DNA from: Gemmatimonadaceae bacterium | Lineage (GTDB): Bacteria > Gemmatimonadota > Gemmatimonadetes > Gemmatimonadales > Gemmatimonadaceae | Assembly: GCA_031412375.1 (NCBI GenBank) | Contig: JANOCW010000101.1 | Coordinates: forward strand, 4,388-68,387 | DNA length: 64,000 bases | Direction: 5' to 3' | Shown here: positions 9,341 through 18,370 of the stretch, one piece after another | Layout of the letters: every line of letters begins with the position of its first letter | How positions within the stretch are numbered: position 1 is the stretch's first letter | Notes under the pieces: generated by a model | Databases searched by the model: none | The model's input: the letters and a program-made list of their open reading frames with translations, nothing else | Told to the model about the DNA's origin: nothing | Program-made: the position numbers and the translations under genes

Positions 9341-9360
9341 CACCGACGACGGTGACCCGA

Positions 9361-9397
9361 ACAGAAAACGCGGCGCCGCTTCGGCACCGCGTTCTGT
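9361..9397. terminator. GC-rich hairpin between convergent kup and PDZ-protein genes
   Basis: ACAGAAAACGCGGCGCCG, loop cttc, GGCACCGCGTTCTGT. It is an imperfect stem with one bulge and only a weak T-run. Confidence 0.4.
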
Positions 9398-9417
9398 CGT
9401 TGGCCCACCCCGCCCGT

Positions 9418-10941
9418 CTACCGGCGGCGCAGCACCGACTTCACGGTCACACCGGCGCGCATCAGCTCGACGCACTGCTCCTTGTCGACATCGATGCTCA
9501 CGCGGATCCCATTCGCGTCCCGCACGGCCTTGCCGTCGATCGCGAGAATGACATCGCCCGCGAGCACGCCCGTCCACGAATCCTCGATATCGAGAATGAG
9601 CAGGCCGCGTTCACTGCCGCGGCCGAGATAGCTCGCGAGATTGGCATTGATCGGGCTCATCCGGATGCCTTCGAGGATGAACACGCCCCCCTGCCCAGGA
9701 CCCGACAATCGATAGCTTGCCGTCTCGGGTCCGGCGGTTGCGAGCGCGTCACCATTGTGAATTGCGGCCGCGGCACGAAATGGCCGGCGCACGGGTGTCT
9801 CGCTCTCGCGCAACCGTTGCTCGAGCCGCTTGAGCACGTCCTCGACGGGGATGGTCTCGTCTCCCCCGCCCGAACGCTCCCGGATCAGCGGTCGCTTTTC
9901 CGGCTCGGTTGGCGTCCCCTCATCGCGCCACCGCTCCTGCAGCCTTCTGAGCTGGAGCTCGGTGCCCCGCATTGCGTCGTCGATGTGCTCGCGAAACCCG
10001 CCATCGAACAGGTGCTCCATGTCGAAGCGCATTGCCCCATTGTCGAGCCGAAGCCCCATCGGCGGCATGAACACTCCCTGCCCCCCGCCCGAGTGGAAGA
10101 TCGAGATCGAGCCATCCTGCCTGAGGTCGGAGCGCTTCATGGTCTTCACCGTCACATCGCGGAACTGCCCGTTCGCGTAGACTCGCAGCTCGGCGGTGCC
10201 CCCTGCCTCGAGCTTCTCGATCTCGCGCGTGAGCCGCCGCACGCGGGAGCTCGTCATGAACTCGTCACCGATGTCCGCCGCGGGAACGCGGAGATCCACG
10301 CCGTTGATCCGCGCAATTCGGCTCCCCTCGAAAATTCCGGCTTTCGCGAGCGGACCATCCTCCGCCACTGCGATCACGAACACCCCGAGGGTGTCACGCG
10401 GGCTCGCGAACCCTCCCACCGACGCCCCGATCGTCGCGCGAGTATCGACGCGATTGCGCCCCATGCCGCCGGACGGACGGAGCTCATCTGCCCGCACCGG
10501 CGTGATCTTCACTTCTCGCGTTTGGCCGTTCGCATAAACCCGCAACGTCACCGCCTCGCCGGCCTTCATCTTGTCGAGCTCCCGCTGGAGGCGCCGGCCG
10601 AGCACTCCCGCCATCTCCGGGTCTGCCGCGTCCGACGCGTTGAGCCGAAGCGCCACGCCGTTGATGGCGACCAGTCGATTGCCCTCCTCCAGGCCGGCCT
10701 TCTCGGCGGGTCCACCGGTGGCGATCGAGGATACCAGCAGTCCGAGCGTATCGCGCGCTCCGCCCGATGACGTGGAGATTCCGAGCACCAGTCGATCGGG
10801 ATCCTCACGGCTGTAGGCGATCGTCGCCCCGAACGGGCCGGAGCGGACAGTGCTGCGCGGGCGGTCGGACTGCTGCTGCGCGAGGGCGGTGGATGTAACG
10901 ACGAGCAGCGTCGCGAGTGCGAAGGGAAGCTGGCGGGCCAT
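9418..10941 (-). CDS. Secreted protein with three PDZ domains (no protease domain seen)
   Basis: ATG (cat at 10939-10941) gives MARQLPFALATLLVVTSTALAQQ, a signal peptide. Three PDZ-like units follow (GLLVSSIATGGPAEKAGLEEGNRLVAINGVAL; GVFVIAVAEDGPLAKAGIFEGSRIARINGVDL; GLLILDIEDSWTGVLAGDVILAIDGKAV). The track ORF extension to 11505 is Arg/Pro-rich junk. Confidence 0.8.
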   Translation of the reverse strand: MARQLPFALATLLVVTSTALAQQQSDRPRSTVRSGPFGATIAYSREDPDRLVLGISTSSGGARDTLGLLVSSIATGGPAEKAGLEEGNRLVAINGVALRLNASDAADPEMAGVLGRRLQRELDKMKAGEAVTLRVYANGQTREVKITPVRADELRPSGGMGRNRVDTRATIGASVGGFASPRDTLGVFVIAVAEDGPLAKAGIFEGSRIARINGVDLRVPAADIGDEFMTSSRVRRLTREIEKLEAGGTAELRVYANGQFRDVTVKTMKRSDLRQDGSISIFHSGGGQGVFMPPMGLRLDNGAMRFDMEHLFDGGFREHIDDAMRGTELQLRRLQERWRDEGTPTEPEKRPLIRERSGGGDETIPVEDVLKRLEQRLRESETPVRRPFRAAAAIHNGDALATAGPETASYRLSGPGQGGVFILEGIRMSPINANLASYLGRGSERGLLILDIEDSWTGVLAGDVILAIDGKAVRDANGIRVSIDVDKEQCVELMRAGVTVKSVLRRR

Positions 10942-11027
10942 GGTATGCGCTCCGGGACGAGTCAGGGTGCTTTTGTCGTCAGTCACGCCTGCCCCGCCGA
11001 GGGTTGCCGCGCCGTATCGGGAGCGGA

Positions 11028-12188
11028 ATGAGGGTGACGCCCCCATATTGGGGTATGGCCGCCTCGACGAACAGCCCCGCCCCGGACTACGATACCTTCG
11101 CCCATCACTGGCAGGACGAAGCCGACGCAGCCTTCCTCTACCGCGCCCTCGCGGGGATGGAGGCGGATTCCCGGAAGAAGGACATTTACGCCCGTCTCGC
11201 GGCGGTCGAGGACCGCCATGTCGAGATCTGGGGTCAGTTGCTGGCAGCGGGGGGGCGTCCGCCGAAGAGTTTTCGCCCGACCGCCCGGGCGCGCCTGCTC
11301 GCTTTTCTCGGCAAGGTGTTCGGTCCTGGATTCCTGCTCCCGATGCTGCTCGCCGAGGAAGGTCGCGAGGTTCGCGGATACATGGACATGCACCTGGCGA
11401 CACCGAAGCACATCGCTGGTGGTGACGAGGCACTCGTGCTCGCCCGGGAGTCCGCGGAGCATGCGACGACGCTCGCGGGCATCGCGGGCCGGAGCGGAGA
11501 GCCATGGCACCGCGCGAAGGCGGGAGGCTATCTCCGCAACATCGTGTACGGGTTCAACGACGGCCTCACGGCGAACTTCGGCCTCGTCGCCGGTGTGCTG
11601 GGCGCGAGCGCGGCCGCGCAGCATGATGCCGTGATCGTCGCTGGGGTCGCTGGCGCGATCGCCGATGCGCTGTCGATGGGCTCGAGCGGATATCTGGCCT
11701 CGAAGAGCCAGCAGGAAGTGTACGCGAACGAGATCGCGATGGAGCGTGACGAGATCGCCATGATGCCCGAAGTCGAGCGCGACGAGCTCGCCCTCATCTA
11801 CGAAGCGAAGGGGATGGATTCCGGCGCGGCGCACGGCCTCGCGACCCAGGTGATGGCGGATCCGAAGCGGATGCTCGATGAACAGGTGCAGGAGGAACTC
11901 GGCATCGGCGAGGTCGACATGTCGCCGCTGCGCGAAGCGTGGATCACCGGAATCGCGACCCTGTTCGGCGCCGTCATTCCCGTCGCGCCCTTTTTCTTCG
12001 CGGAGGGGATGACGGCGATCGTCCTCTCGTTCACCCTCGCCATGCTGTCGCACTTCCTCGTTGGCGCGGCACGCTCGGTCTTCACCGGACGCGGGGTATT
12101 CCGCTCCGGCATCGACATGTTCGTCGTCGGACTCAGCGTGGCGATCGTCGGCTGGTTCGTCGGGGAGTGGATCGGGAGGTTGCTGTAG
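11028..12188 (+). CDS. mbfA: Ferritin-like (erythrin) domain fused to VIT1/CCC1 iron transporter domain, MbfA-like iron exporter
   Basis: The N-terminal di-iron-type helices (DEADAAFLYRAL, AAVEDRHVEIW) are followed by VIT1 motifs (YLRNIVYGFNDGLTANFGLVAGV ... 3 C-terminal TM segments). ATG at 11028 follows GGGAGCGGA. An alternative ATG is at 11055. Confidence 0.8.
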   Translation: MRVTPPYWGMAASTNSPAPDYDTFAHHWQDEADAAFLYRALAGMEADSRKKDIYARLAAVEDRHVEIWGQLLAAGGRPPKSFRPTARARLLAFLGKVFGPGFLLPMLLAEEGREVRGYMDMHLATPKHIAGGDEALVLARESAEHATTLAGIAGRSGEPWHRAKAGGYLRNIVYGFNDGLTANFGLVAGVLGASAAAQHDAVIVAGVAGAIADALSMGSSGYLASKSQQEVYANEIAMERDEIAMMPEVERDELALIYEAKGMDSGAAHGLATQVMADPKRMLDEQVQEELGIGEVDMSPLREAWITGIATLFGAVIPVAPFFFAEGMTAIVLSFTLAMLSHFLVGAARSVFTGRGVFRSGIDMFVVGLSVAIVGWFVGEWIGRLL

Positions 12189-12228
12189 GCGACTGGACCG
12201 ATTGCTTTCCCCGTTACATGCGCACTTG

Positions 12229-12362
12229 CTGACGGCTGAGCGCTGACGGCCGACAACTGATCGCTTCGCCGGCCACTCGAGAGGTTGACGGTCAACGCCC
12301 GGATCGAGGGAGGGAGTGGACTGCGGAGCGTCAGTCTTCAGCCGTCAGCTGTCAGCCGTCAG
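12229..12362. repeat. Heptad TCAG-family repeat, copy B, with arms in permuted (right arm then left arm) order
   Basis: CTGA/CCGA at 12229, 36, 43, 50, 57, then CTTCGCCGGCCACTCGAG. A spacer follows with the near-palindrome GTTGACGGTCAAC. Then GGGAGTGGACTGCGGAG (12312-12328) and TCAG at 12331, 38, 45, 52, 59. Confidence 0.8.
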
Positions 12363-12385
12363 AGGGTTCAAGCGCCATTCACGAC

Positions 12386-12423
12386 AGCGAACGCAGAAGA
12401 CGCGTCCTCTGCGTTCGCTTTTT
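12386..12423 (+). terminator. Intrinsic terminator (stem 12 bp plus T5) after mbfA and the repeat, abutting the leuS stop
   Basis: AGCGAACGCAGA (12386-12397), loop, TCTGCGTTCGCT (12408-12419), followed by TTTTT. Confidence 0.6.
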
Positions 12424-12425
12424 GG

Positions 12426-14912
12426 CTACACCACGATGTTGAGCATCCGCCCAGCCACGAAGATGATCTTTCTCGGCTCGGTAGTGACGAACTTCGCGAC
12501 CTGTGGATCGGCCATTGCCGCGGCCAGCACGACATTCTGACCCGCGTCGCGTTCCACCTGCACCTTGCCCCGCGTCTTGCCGTTCACCTGCACCGGCATC
12601 TCGATCGTGTCTTCCGTGGCGAGCGCGACGTCGAACGGCGGCCATCCGGCATCCATCACGCTACCGTGGTGGCCGAGGCGCTCCCACAGCTCCTCGGCAA
12701 TGTGCGGCGCGAACGGCGCGACGAGCTGAACGAGCGGCTCCACTTCCGCACGGTGCGGCAGCCGCTCGTGGGCGCGAACGACGTTGATGTACTTCATCAT
12801 TGCCGCCACGGCCGTGTTGTAGCTGAGCACCGGGAGATCATCACCGACCTTCCTGATCGTCTGGTGCAGCCGGCGCATCACGCCCTCGTCAGGAGATCCG
12901 TCGGTGCGCGCGGCAGCCACCGATGACCACAGGCGGTCGAGGAAGCGCTTCACGCCGGAAATGCCGCCGTCGCGATAGTCCCCGCCTTCCTCGTACGGCC
13001 CGAGGAACATGAGGTACGTCCTGAACGCATCGGCACCCCATTCGTCGATCAGGTCATCGGGGTTGACGACGTTGCCCTTCGACTTCGACATCTTCGCGCC
13101 CTCACGGATGATCATTCCGTGCGCGCGAAAGCGCTTGAAGGGCTCCTCGAAGTCAATGTGACCGGCGTCGTGCAGCACCATAGTGATGAAGCGCGCGTAC
13201 AACAGGTGGAGCACCGCGTGCTCGTTGCCGCCGATGTACGAGTCGACCGGCAGCCATTTCTTCGTGAGCTCGCGGTCGAACGGCACATCGTCGCGATCGA
13301 CGGCCGGATAGCGCAGGAAGTACCACGCGCTATCGAGGAAGGTGTCGGAGACGTCGGTCTCGCGGCGTGCCTGCTTGCCGCACTCCGGGCAGGGTACGTG
13401 ATACCACTCCTCATGGCGCGCGAGTGGTGAGATGCCCGAGTCGTCCGGGGTAAAGTCGGCGATGTGCGGAAGCAGCACCGGGAGGTCGGCTTCCGGCACC
13501 GCCTGAAGCCCGCACGTGTCGCAGTAGATCACCGGGATGGGCGGGCCCCAGTAGCGTTGCCGCGAGATGCACCAGTCGTGCAGCCGGTAGTTGGTGACGC
13601 CCTGCGCCACACCCTGCGCCGCCAGCCAGCGAACCGCCTCGCCCTTCGCCTCGCCGACTGTCAACCCATCGAGATGACCCGAATTGACGATGTGCCCGCC
13701 GGCGTCCTCGGTGAACGCCTGCGCGAGTGGAGCATCCGGGCTCTCGCCCGCACCCGCGACGACGCGGACGATCGGAAGACCGAACGCCTGCGCGAACTCG
13801 AAGTCACGTTCATCGTGGCCCGGAACAGCCATGATCGCCCCGGTGCCGTACTCCATCAGCACGTAGTCGGCGATCCAGATGGGGATGGGCTGCCCCGTTG
13901 CCGGGTTGAGCGCGTACGACCCGGTGAACACGCCTGTCTTCGCTTTCACCGTCTTCCGGGCGATCAGGTCCTGCTTCGCTGCGCGGTCGCGATACGCGTC
14001 GACAACGGCGCGTCGCGGGTCCGGGGTCAACGCCGTGACGAGTGGATGCTCTGGTGCGAGCACGAGATAGGTCGCTCCGTGGATCGTGTCGGCGCGCGTG
14101 GTGAACACGGAGATGCGGCCCGGCTCCCCGAAACGCTCACTCGTCGCACCCGCTCCACGCTCGTGTGCCTGCACCTCGAAGGTGACCTCGGCACCCTCGG
14201 AACGCCCGATCCAGTTCCGCTGCGCGGTCTTGGTGGTCTCCGACCAGTCCAGGACGTCGAGATTCGCGAGTAGCCGCTGGGCGTACTTCGTGATCTCGAA
14301 GAACCACTGCTCGAGAAAGCGCTGCTCGACCATCGCCCCGCAGCGCTCGCACGCACCCCCAACGACCTGCTCGTTCGCGAGCACCGTCTTGTCGTTGGGG
14401 CACCAGTTCACCGCCGCCTTCTTCTTGTAGGCCAGCCCGCGACTCAGGAGCTGAAGGAAGATCCACTGCGTCCACTTGTAGTAGGCGGGATCGGTCGTCG
14501 AGAGCGTCTGGCGCCAATCGACCATCAGTCCCGCGCGCTCGAGCTGGCGACGGAAGTTGGCGATGTTCTTCGGGATCAGGTCCGCCGGATGCCGGCCGAT
14601 CCTGAGCGCGTAGTTCTCGGAATGGATACCGAACGCGTCGTAGCCAAGCGGCTCGAAGACGGTGTGCCCTCGCAGCCGCTGGAATCGTCCATAGATGTCA
14701 TTCCCCGTGAAGGCGAAGAGGTTGCCCACATGCAGCCCTTCCGCCGAGGGATACGGGAACATCATCAGGGCGTAGAACGGTCGTTCGCCGTTCTCGAGAT
14801 CCGTCTCGTTGGTACGGCGCTCACGCCAGCGCGTCTGCCATTTGCGCTCGACGGCGGCCGGATCGTAGCCCGCAGCCTCATCGGCCGCGGTCTGGGTGGT
14901 GGATTCCGTCAT
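12426..14912 (-). CDS. leuS: Leucine--tRNA ligase
   Basis: 828 aa. Has MMFPYPSAEGLHVGN (HIGH-type) and KMSKSKGN (KMSKS) motifs, with bacterial LeuS architecture throughout. ATG (cat at 14910-14912) gives MTESTTQTAADEAAGYDPAAVERKWQ. Confidence 0.97.
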   Translation of the reverse strand: MTESTTQTAADEAAGYDPAAVERKWQTRWRERRTNETDLENGERPFYALMMFPYPSAEGLHVGNLFAFTGNDIYGRFQRLRGHTVFEPLGYDAFGIHSENYALRIGRHPADLIPKNIANFRRQLERAGLMVDWRQTLSTTDPAYYKWTQWIFLQLLSRGLAYKKKAAVNWCPNDKTVLANEQVVGGACERCGAMVEQRFLEQWFFEITKYAQRLLANLDVLDWSETTKTAQRNWIGRSEGAEVTFEVQAHERGAGATSERFGEPGRISVFTTRADTIHGATYLVLAPEHPLVTALTPDPRRAVVDAYRDRAAKQDLIARKTVKAKTGVFTGSYALNPATGQPIPIWIADYVLMEYGTGAIMAVPGHDERDFEFAQAFGLPIVRVVAGAGESPDAPLAQAFTEDAGGHIVNSGHLDGLTVGEAKGEAVRWLAAQGVAQGVTNYRLHDWCISRQRYWGPPIPVIYCDTCGLQAVPEADLPVLLPHIADFTPDDSGISPLARHEEWYHVPCPECGKQARRETDVSDTFLDSAWYFLRYPAVDRDDVPFDRELTKKWLPVDSYIGGNEHAVLHLLYARFITMVLHDAGHIDFEEPFKRFRAHGMIIREGAKMSKSKGNVVNPDDLIDEWGADAFRTYLMFLGPYEEGGDYRDGGISGVKRFLDRLWSSVAAARTDGSPDEGVMRRLHQTIRKVGDDLPVLSYNTAVAAMMKYINVVRAHERLPHRAEVEPLVQLVAPFAPHIAEELWERLGHHGSVMDAGWPPFDVALATEDTIEMPVQVNGKTRGKVQVERDAGQNVVLAAAMADPQVAKFVTTEPRKIIFVAGRMLNIVV

Positions 14913-15019
14913 GTAAGTTGGTGGCGGGGACTCTGTTAGTCGCAATCTAGCCGTGCGGGAAGACCGCACAAGCGAGCGCGGTTTCGCGCCGCACACCCTT
15001 TCGAGAGTCGCCGTCGATC

Positions 15020-17248
15020 ATGCCTGCAGCCCCGCGCCCCGACCCCGAAGACCACGCTCGCACATTAGGCTCGCTGAGCCGGAACATCGTTCTCGTGGTC
15101 GGGGCCGTCGCGGTGCTGGTGCTCGGAGGCCTCGTGTGGGCTGGCGGACGGCTGATCGAACGCTACGTCGTCGAGCAGGCGGACACCCGCCTCGCCCAGG
15201 GCGCCGATCAGGCCGGCCTCGTGATCGCGCGGGTCATCGCCGAGCGCGAACTGCAGGTCGCGTTGCTGGCATCGCTGCCGGAGATGATCGACGCGGCGCG
15301 CGCTGGCGGAGAGCGTGCACGAGAGCTCGGGCTCGTCGGCCAGCCGGTCGATGTTCTCGAGCGACGCTTCGACGCCCAGCGTACGCTCGACGTGGATGCG
15401 CGGGTGCGCGGATTCCTCGTCAACCGCGGGGCGTCGCTCGACCTGGCCGAGGTGCTGCTCACCGATCGGAACGGGTTCAACGCGGTCACCACCGCACGCA
15501 CGTCGGATTTCGTGCAGAGCGATGAGGAATGGTGGAGGCGCGCCTTCCGCGCCGGGATCACGCCGGCGTCGGCGTCCTACGACGAGTCGGTCCGCCGCGT
15601 CTCCATCTCCGTGGCCAGCGCCGTGCGCGACCGTGAAGGCGCGACGCCCCTCGGCGTGCTCAAGGCGGTCTATGGCATCGCTCCCATCCAGGACGCCGTA
15701 TTGCGAGCCGCTCGAACGAGCGGCGCACGCGTGGATCTCGTCGATGAGACGGGTCGCATCATCGCCAGCTCGGGGGACTCGGCAGGACTGCGCGCGATGT
15801 CCGGCTTCAGCGCCCTGCGCGATTCGCGAGGCGAAGGAGCGGTGACGTTCGAGATGGGGACCGACCAGCGTCGGGCAACGGTGCGGGTGGCGAATGCCGG
15901 AAGCTGGCGCGTCATCGCCCACGCGAGCGAGACCGTCCTGTCGGCGCCGCGCCGCACGGCGTTCATCTGGCTCTCGATGATCGCAGCCAGTCTCCTGGCC
16001 GCGCTGCTCGCCACGCTCTCCATCGCGAACCTTTTCATGACGCGACGGATCGCCCACCCCGCGGCCGCACTGGCGGCAGTCGTCGAGTCGGTGGCAGCAG
16101 GCAATTTCGCGATCCGGGTGAATGCGTCGGGGCAGAACGATGAGATCGGGCGCCTCAGCCGCGCGACGGGGAAGATGATCGCGGAGCTTCGACGGCTCGC
16201 GATCGCGATCAAGGGATCGGCAGCGGAGACCGCGACGATGGCCGTCGAGATCACGGCGGGTGCAGAGCACATGGCGGCCGCAGCGCAGGAGATGGCGGAT
16301 ACCTCGAGCGACCTCAGCACGCAGTCGAGCGACATGGCGGAGACCATCCAGAAGATGGCCACTGATGCGGCGACGCTGGTCGAGCTCTCCGCCGAGCTCA
16401 CCGCCGGTGCGCACGATGGGGTCCAGCGAAACCAGCAGCTCCGCGAGCTCGCCGCGGAGAATCGTGCACGCTTCGACGCCAGCGCGCGCGAACTGGATGC
16501 GCTGGTCGAGGAAGTGCAGTCGAGCGCCGCTTCCGTCGAGGCGCTCGCTGCCGCTTCGGAGGAGATCAAGGCGTTCGTCACGCTCGTGCAGAAGATGGCA
16601 CGCCAGTCGAAGCTGCTGGCGCTCAACGCAGCGATGGAAGCCGCTCGTGCAGGAGATCAGGGCGAAGGGTTCGCCGTCGTCGACAGCGAAGTGCGGCGAC
16701 TGGCCGCGAGCTCGTCGGAGGCCGCAGAGCGTACGGAGAAACTCGTCGTGGATGTGCTCCAGCGCATCGAACGCTCGCGCGTGTCGAGCGCCCGGTCCGC
16801 CTCGGTCGTTCACACGGTTCGTGATCTCACGCGCCACGGACTCGAATCATTCGCCCAGGTCGAGCAGGCCGTGGTCGATACCGAGTCGTGGACCGCGGAG
16901 ATCGACCGGGCGGCGGGCACGGTCAGCACCGTCGTGACGGAGACGACGCAGCGACTCGAAGCGCTCGCGCGCGGCACCGAGACCTTTGCCGCCGCCATGC
17001 AGGAAGTCGCCGCGTCGTCGCAGGAGCAGAGTGCGAGTACGCAGGAGATCGCGGCGGCTGCGGGCACCCTGGCCGCGGCGGCCGAGCGACTGTCCACACT
17101 GGTGGCTGCGGTCCGGCTCGACGAGGCACCGGCCCCGTCGCCAGCCGGAGGGAGCGACGCGTCTCCGCCGCACATCGCGGACAGCTACGGCACACCGAAC
17201 TCAGAGCGCCTCCCGGCTGCGCCGCTCGGAGCGCTCGCTCCGGCCTGA
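15020..17248 (+). CDS. Methyl-accepting chemotaxis protein with about 270-aa periplasmic Cache-like sensor and HAMP
   Basis: TM1 at about residues 18-42 and TM2 at about 315-340. HAMP is followed by the conserved MCP signalling hairpin (SKLLALNAAMEAARAGDQGEGFAVVDSEVRRLA). Confidence 0.9.
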   Translation: MPAAPRPDPEDHARTLGSLSRNIVLVVGAVAVLVLGGLVWAGGRLIERYVVEQADTRLAQGADQAGLVIARVIAERELQVALLASLPEMIDAARAGGERARELGLVGQPVDVLERRFDAQRTLDVDARVRGFLVNRGASLDLAEVLLTDRNGFNAVTTARTSDFVQSDEEWWRRAFRAGITPASASYDESVRRVSISVASAVRDREGATPLGVLKAVYGIAPIQDAVLRAARTSGARVDLVDETGRIIASSGDSAGLRAMSGFSALRDSRGEGAVTFEMGTDQRRATVRVANAGSWRVIAHASETVLSAPRRTAFIWLSMIAASLLAALLATLSIANLFMTRRIAHPAAALAAVVESVAAGNFAIRVNASGQNDEIGRLSRATGKMIAELRRLAIAIKGSAAETATMAVEITAGAEHMAAAAQEMADTSSDLSTQSSDMAETIQKMATDAATLVELSAELTAGAHDGVQRNQQLRELAAENRARFDASARELDALVEEVQSSAASVEALAAASEEIKAFVTLVQKMARQSKLLALNAAMEAARAGDQGEGFAVVDSEVRRLAASSSEAAERTEKLVVDVLQRIERSRVSSARSASVVHTVRDLTRHGLESFAQVEQAVVDTESWTAEIDRAAGTVSTVVTETTQRLEALARGTETFAAAMQEVAASSQEQSASTQEIAAAAGTLAAAAERLSTLVAAVRLDEAPAPSPAGGSDASPPHIADSYGTPNSERLPAAPLGALAPA

Positions 17249-17267
17249 CCGCCACCCGCCCGACCGC

Positions 17268-18335
17268 TTACTGGATCGTCAGCGTGTAGGTGCCGCGCCC
17301 GGTCACGAGCGCGTTCGACGCGACGAGCAGGTAGAAGCCACTCTCGATCGGCTTGAACGTGATGCGCGCGTTCGTGTTCGCGGCACTGATGTCGTCGTTC
17401 GCCGCCACGCGCGTCTGGGTGCCATGGATCAGCAGTTCGAGGTAGGTGTCGAACACGACTGACGTCATGTTGAACGTGTACGTGCGTCCGGCGTGGAGGT
17501 ACACCAACAGCCCGTCGTACCGAAACTCCGTATCGGTACAGTCGTCGGTGGCGAGCGTCTGCACGGTTTCAACTCCCGGCATCGCGAAGACGATCTCGCA
17601 CCCCGCCTCATTCTCCGGAGCCGCGGTCGCAGACACGGTATACGCGCCCGATTCCGCCGTCCCGAACGAGCTGGCGTGCACGTCATAGGTCCCCGCCGTC
17701 AGCAGGACCTTGAACGCCGAGTTGTCCGTCGTCGCCGAGCCGTCGTCGTTGAACGCGACGACATTCGTCAGTCCCTGCAGCTCGAGGAAGCTGTTCACGG
17801 ATACCGAAGTCTGGGAGAACCTCACGGCTCGCTGCGACACGGTCGTGAACGAGTAGCGATCGACGAACTCGCCATTCCCGAAGCGGCAGTCGGTGCTCGA
17901 CAGGTTGCCGGCCGCCGTCGCGTCGATGGCGAGCGTGCCCCCCGCGATGCACCGGCCGACCGCGGAGATCGTGAGGGGATCAATCCCCAGCACGCTGGCG
18001 GTGAGCTGGTTCTCTCCGACCGAGCCGATGGTCCAGCTTCCCAACCCGGCGAGCCCATTGTCATCGGTGTTCACGCTCGCGCCGGTGATCGTGCCGCCTC
18101 CGCTGGCGATCGCGAAGTTCACCCGAACCCCGGCCATGGGCTTGCCGCCGCCATCGACGACCTTCACCACCGGCGCGACTGGCACTACGCTCCCGACGTT
18201 CGCGCCCTGCGCTCCCCCGCGGTCGAGCACGATCGCTGACGCTCCCCGACGCGGGTCGACCGAGGATTCGCAGCCGAACGCGAGGGCGACGAAGACGAAC
18301 GTACGGAGCCTGAACGAAGCAATGTTTCTGCGCAT
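17268..18335 (-). CDS. Lipoprotein with Ig-like domain and two pre-peptidase-C-terminal (PPC)-like beta-sandwich repeats
   Basis: ATG (cat at 18333-18335) gives MRRNIASFRLRTFVFVALAFGCESS, which contains a lipobox. There are two similar modules ending GAYTVSATA and GTYTLTIQ. It lies immediately downstream of the M23 peptidase gene. Confidence 0.6.
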   Translation of the reverse strand: MRRNIASFRLRTFVFVALAFGCESSVDPRRGASAIVLDRGGAQGANVGSVVPVAPVVKVVDGGGKPMAGVRVNFAIASGGGTITGASVNTDDNGLAGLGSWTIGSVGENQLTASVLGIDPLTISAVGRCIAGGTLAIDATAAGNLSSTDCRFGNGEFVDRYSFTTVSQRAVRFSQTSVSVNSFLELQGLTNVVAFNDDGSATTDNSAFKVLLTAGTYDVHASSFGTAESGAYTVSATAAPENEAGCEIVFAMPGVETVQTLATDDCTDTEFRYDGLLVYLHAGRTYTFNMTSVVFDTYLELLIHGTQTRVAANDDISAANTNARITFKPIESGFYLLVASNALVTGRGTYTLTIQ

Positions 18336-18370
18336 GCAGTCGAGACGAGGGGTAGGAGCTTCAGGCAACG

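Noticed and set aside
10942-11505. N-terminal extension of the PDZ protein ORF (track 9418-11505).
   Set aside because: The extension is Arg/Pro/Gly junk that overlaps the divergent mbfA-like gene. A clean signal peptide starts at the ATG at 10941.
12364-12376. tRNA T-arm-like GGGTTCAAGCGCC.
   Set aside because: No acceptor stem, D-arm or anticodon arm can be drawn around it. It sits between the repeat element and a terminator.
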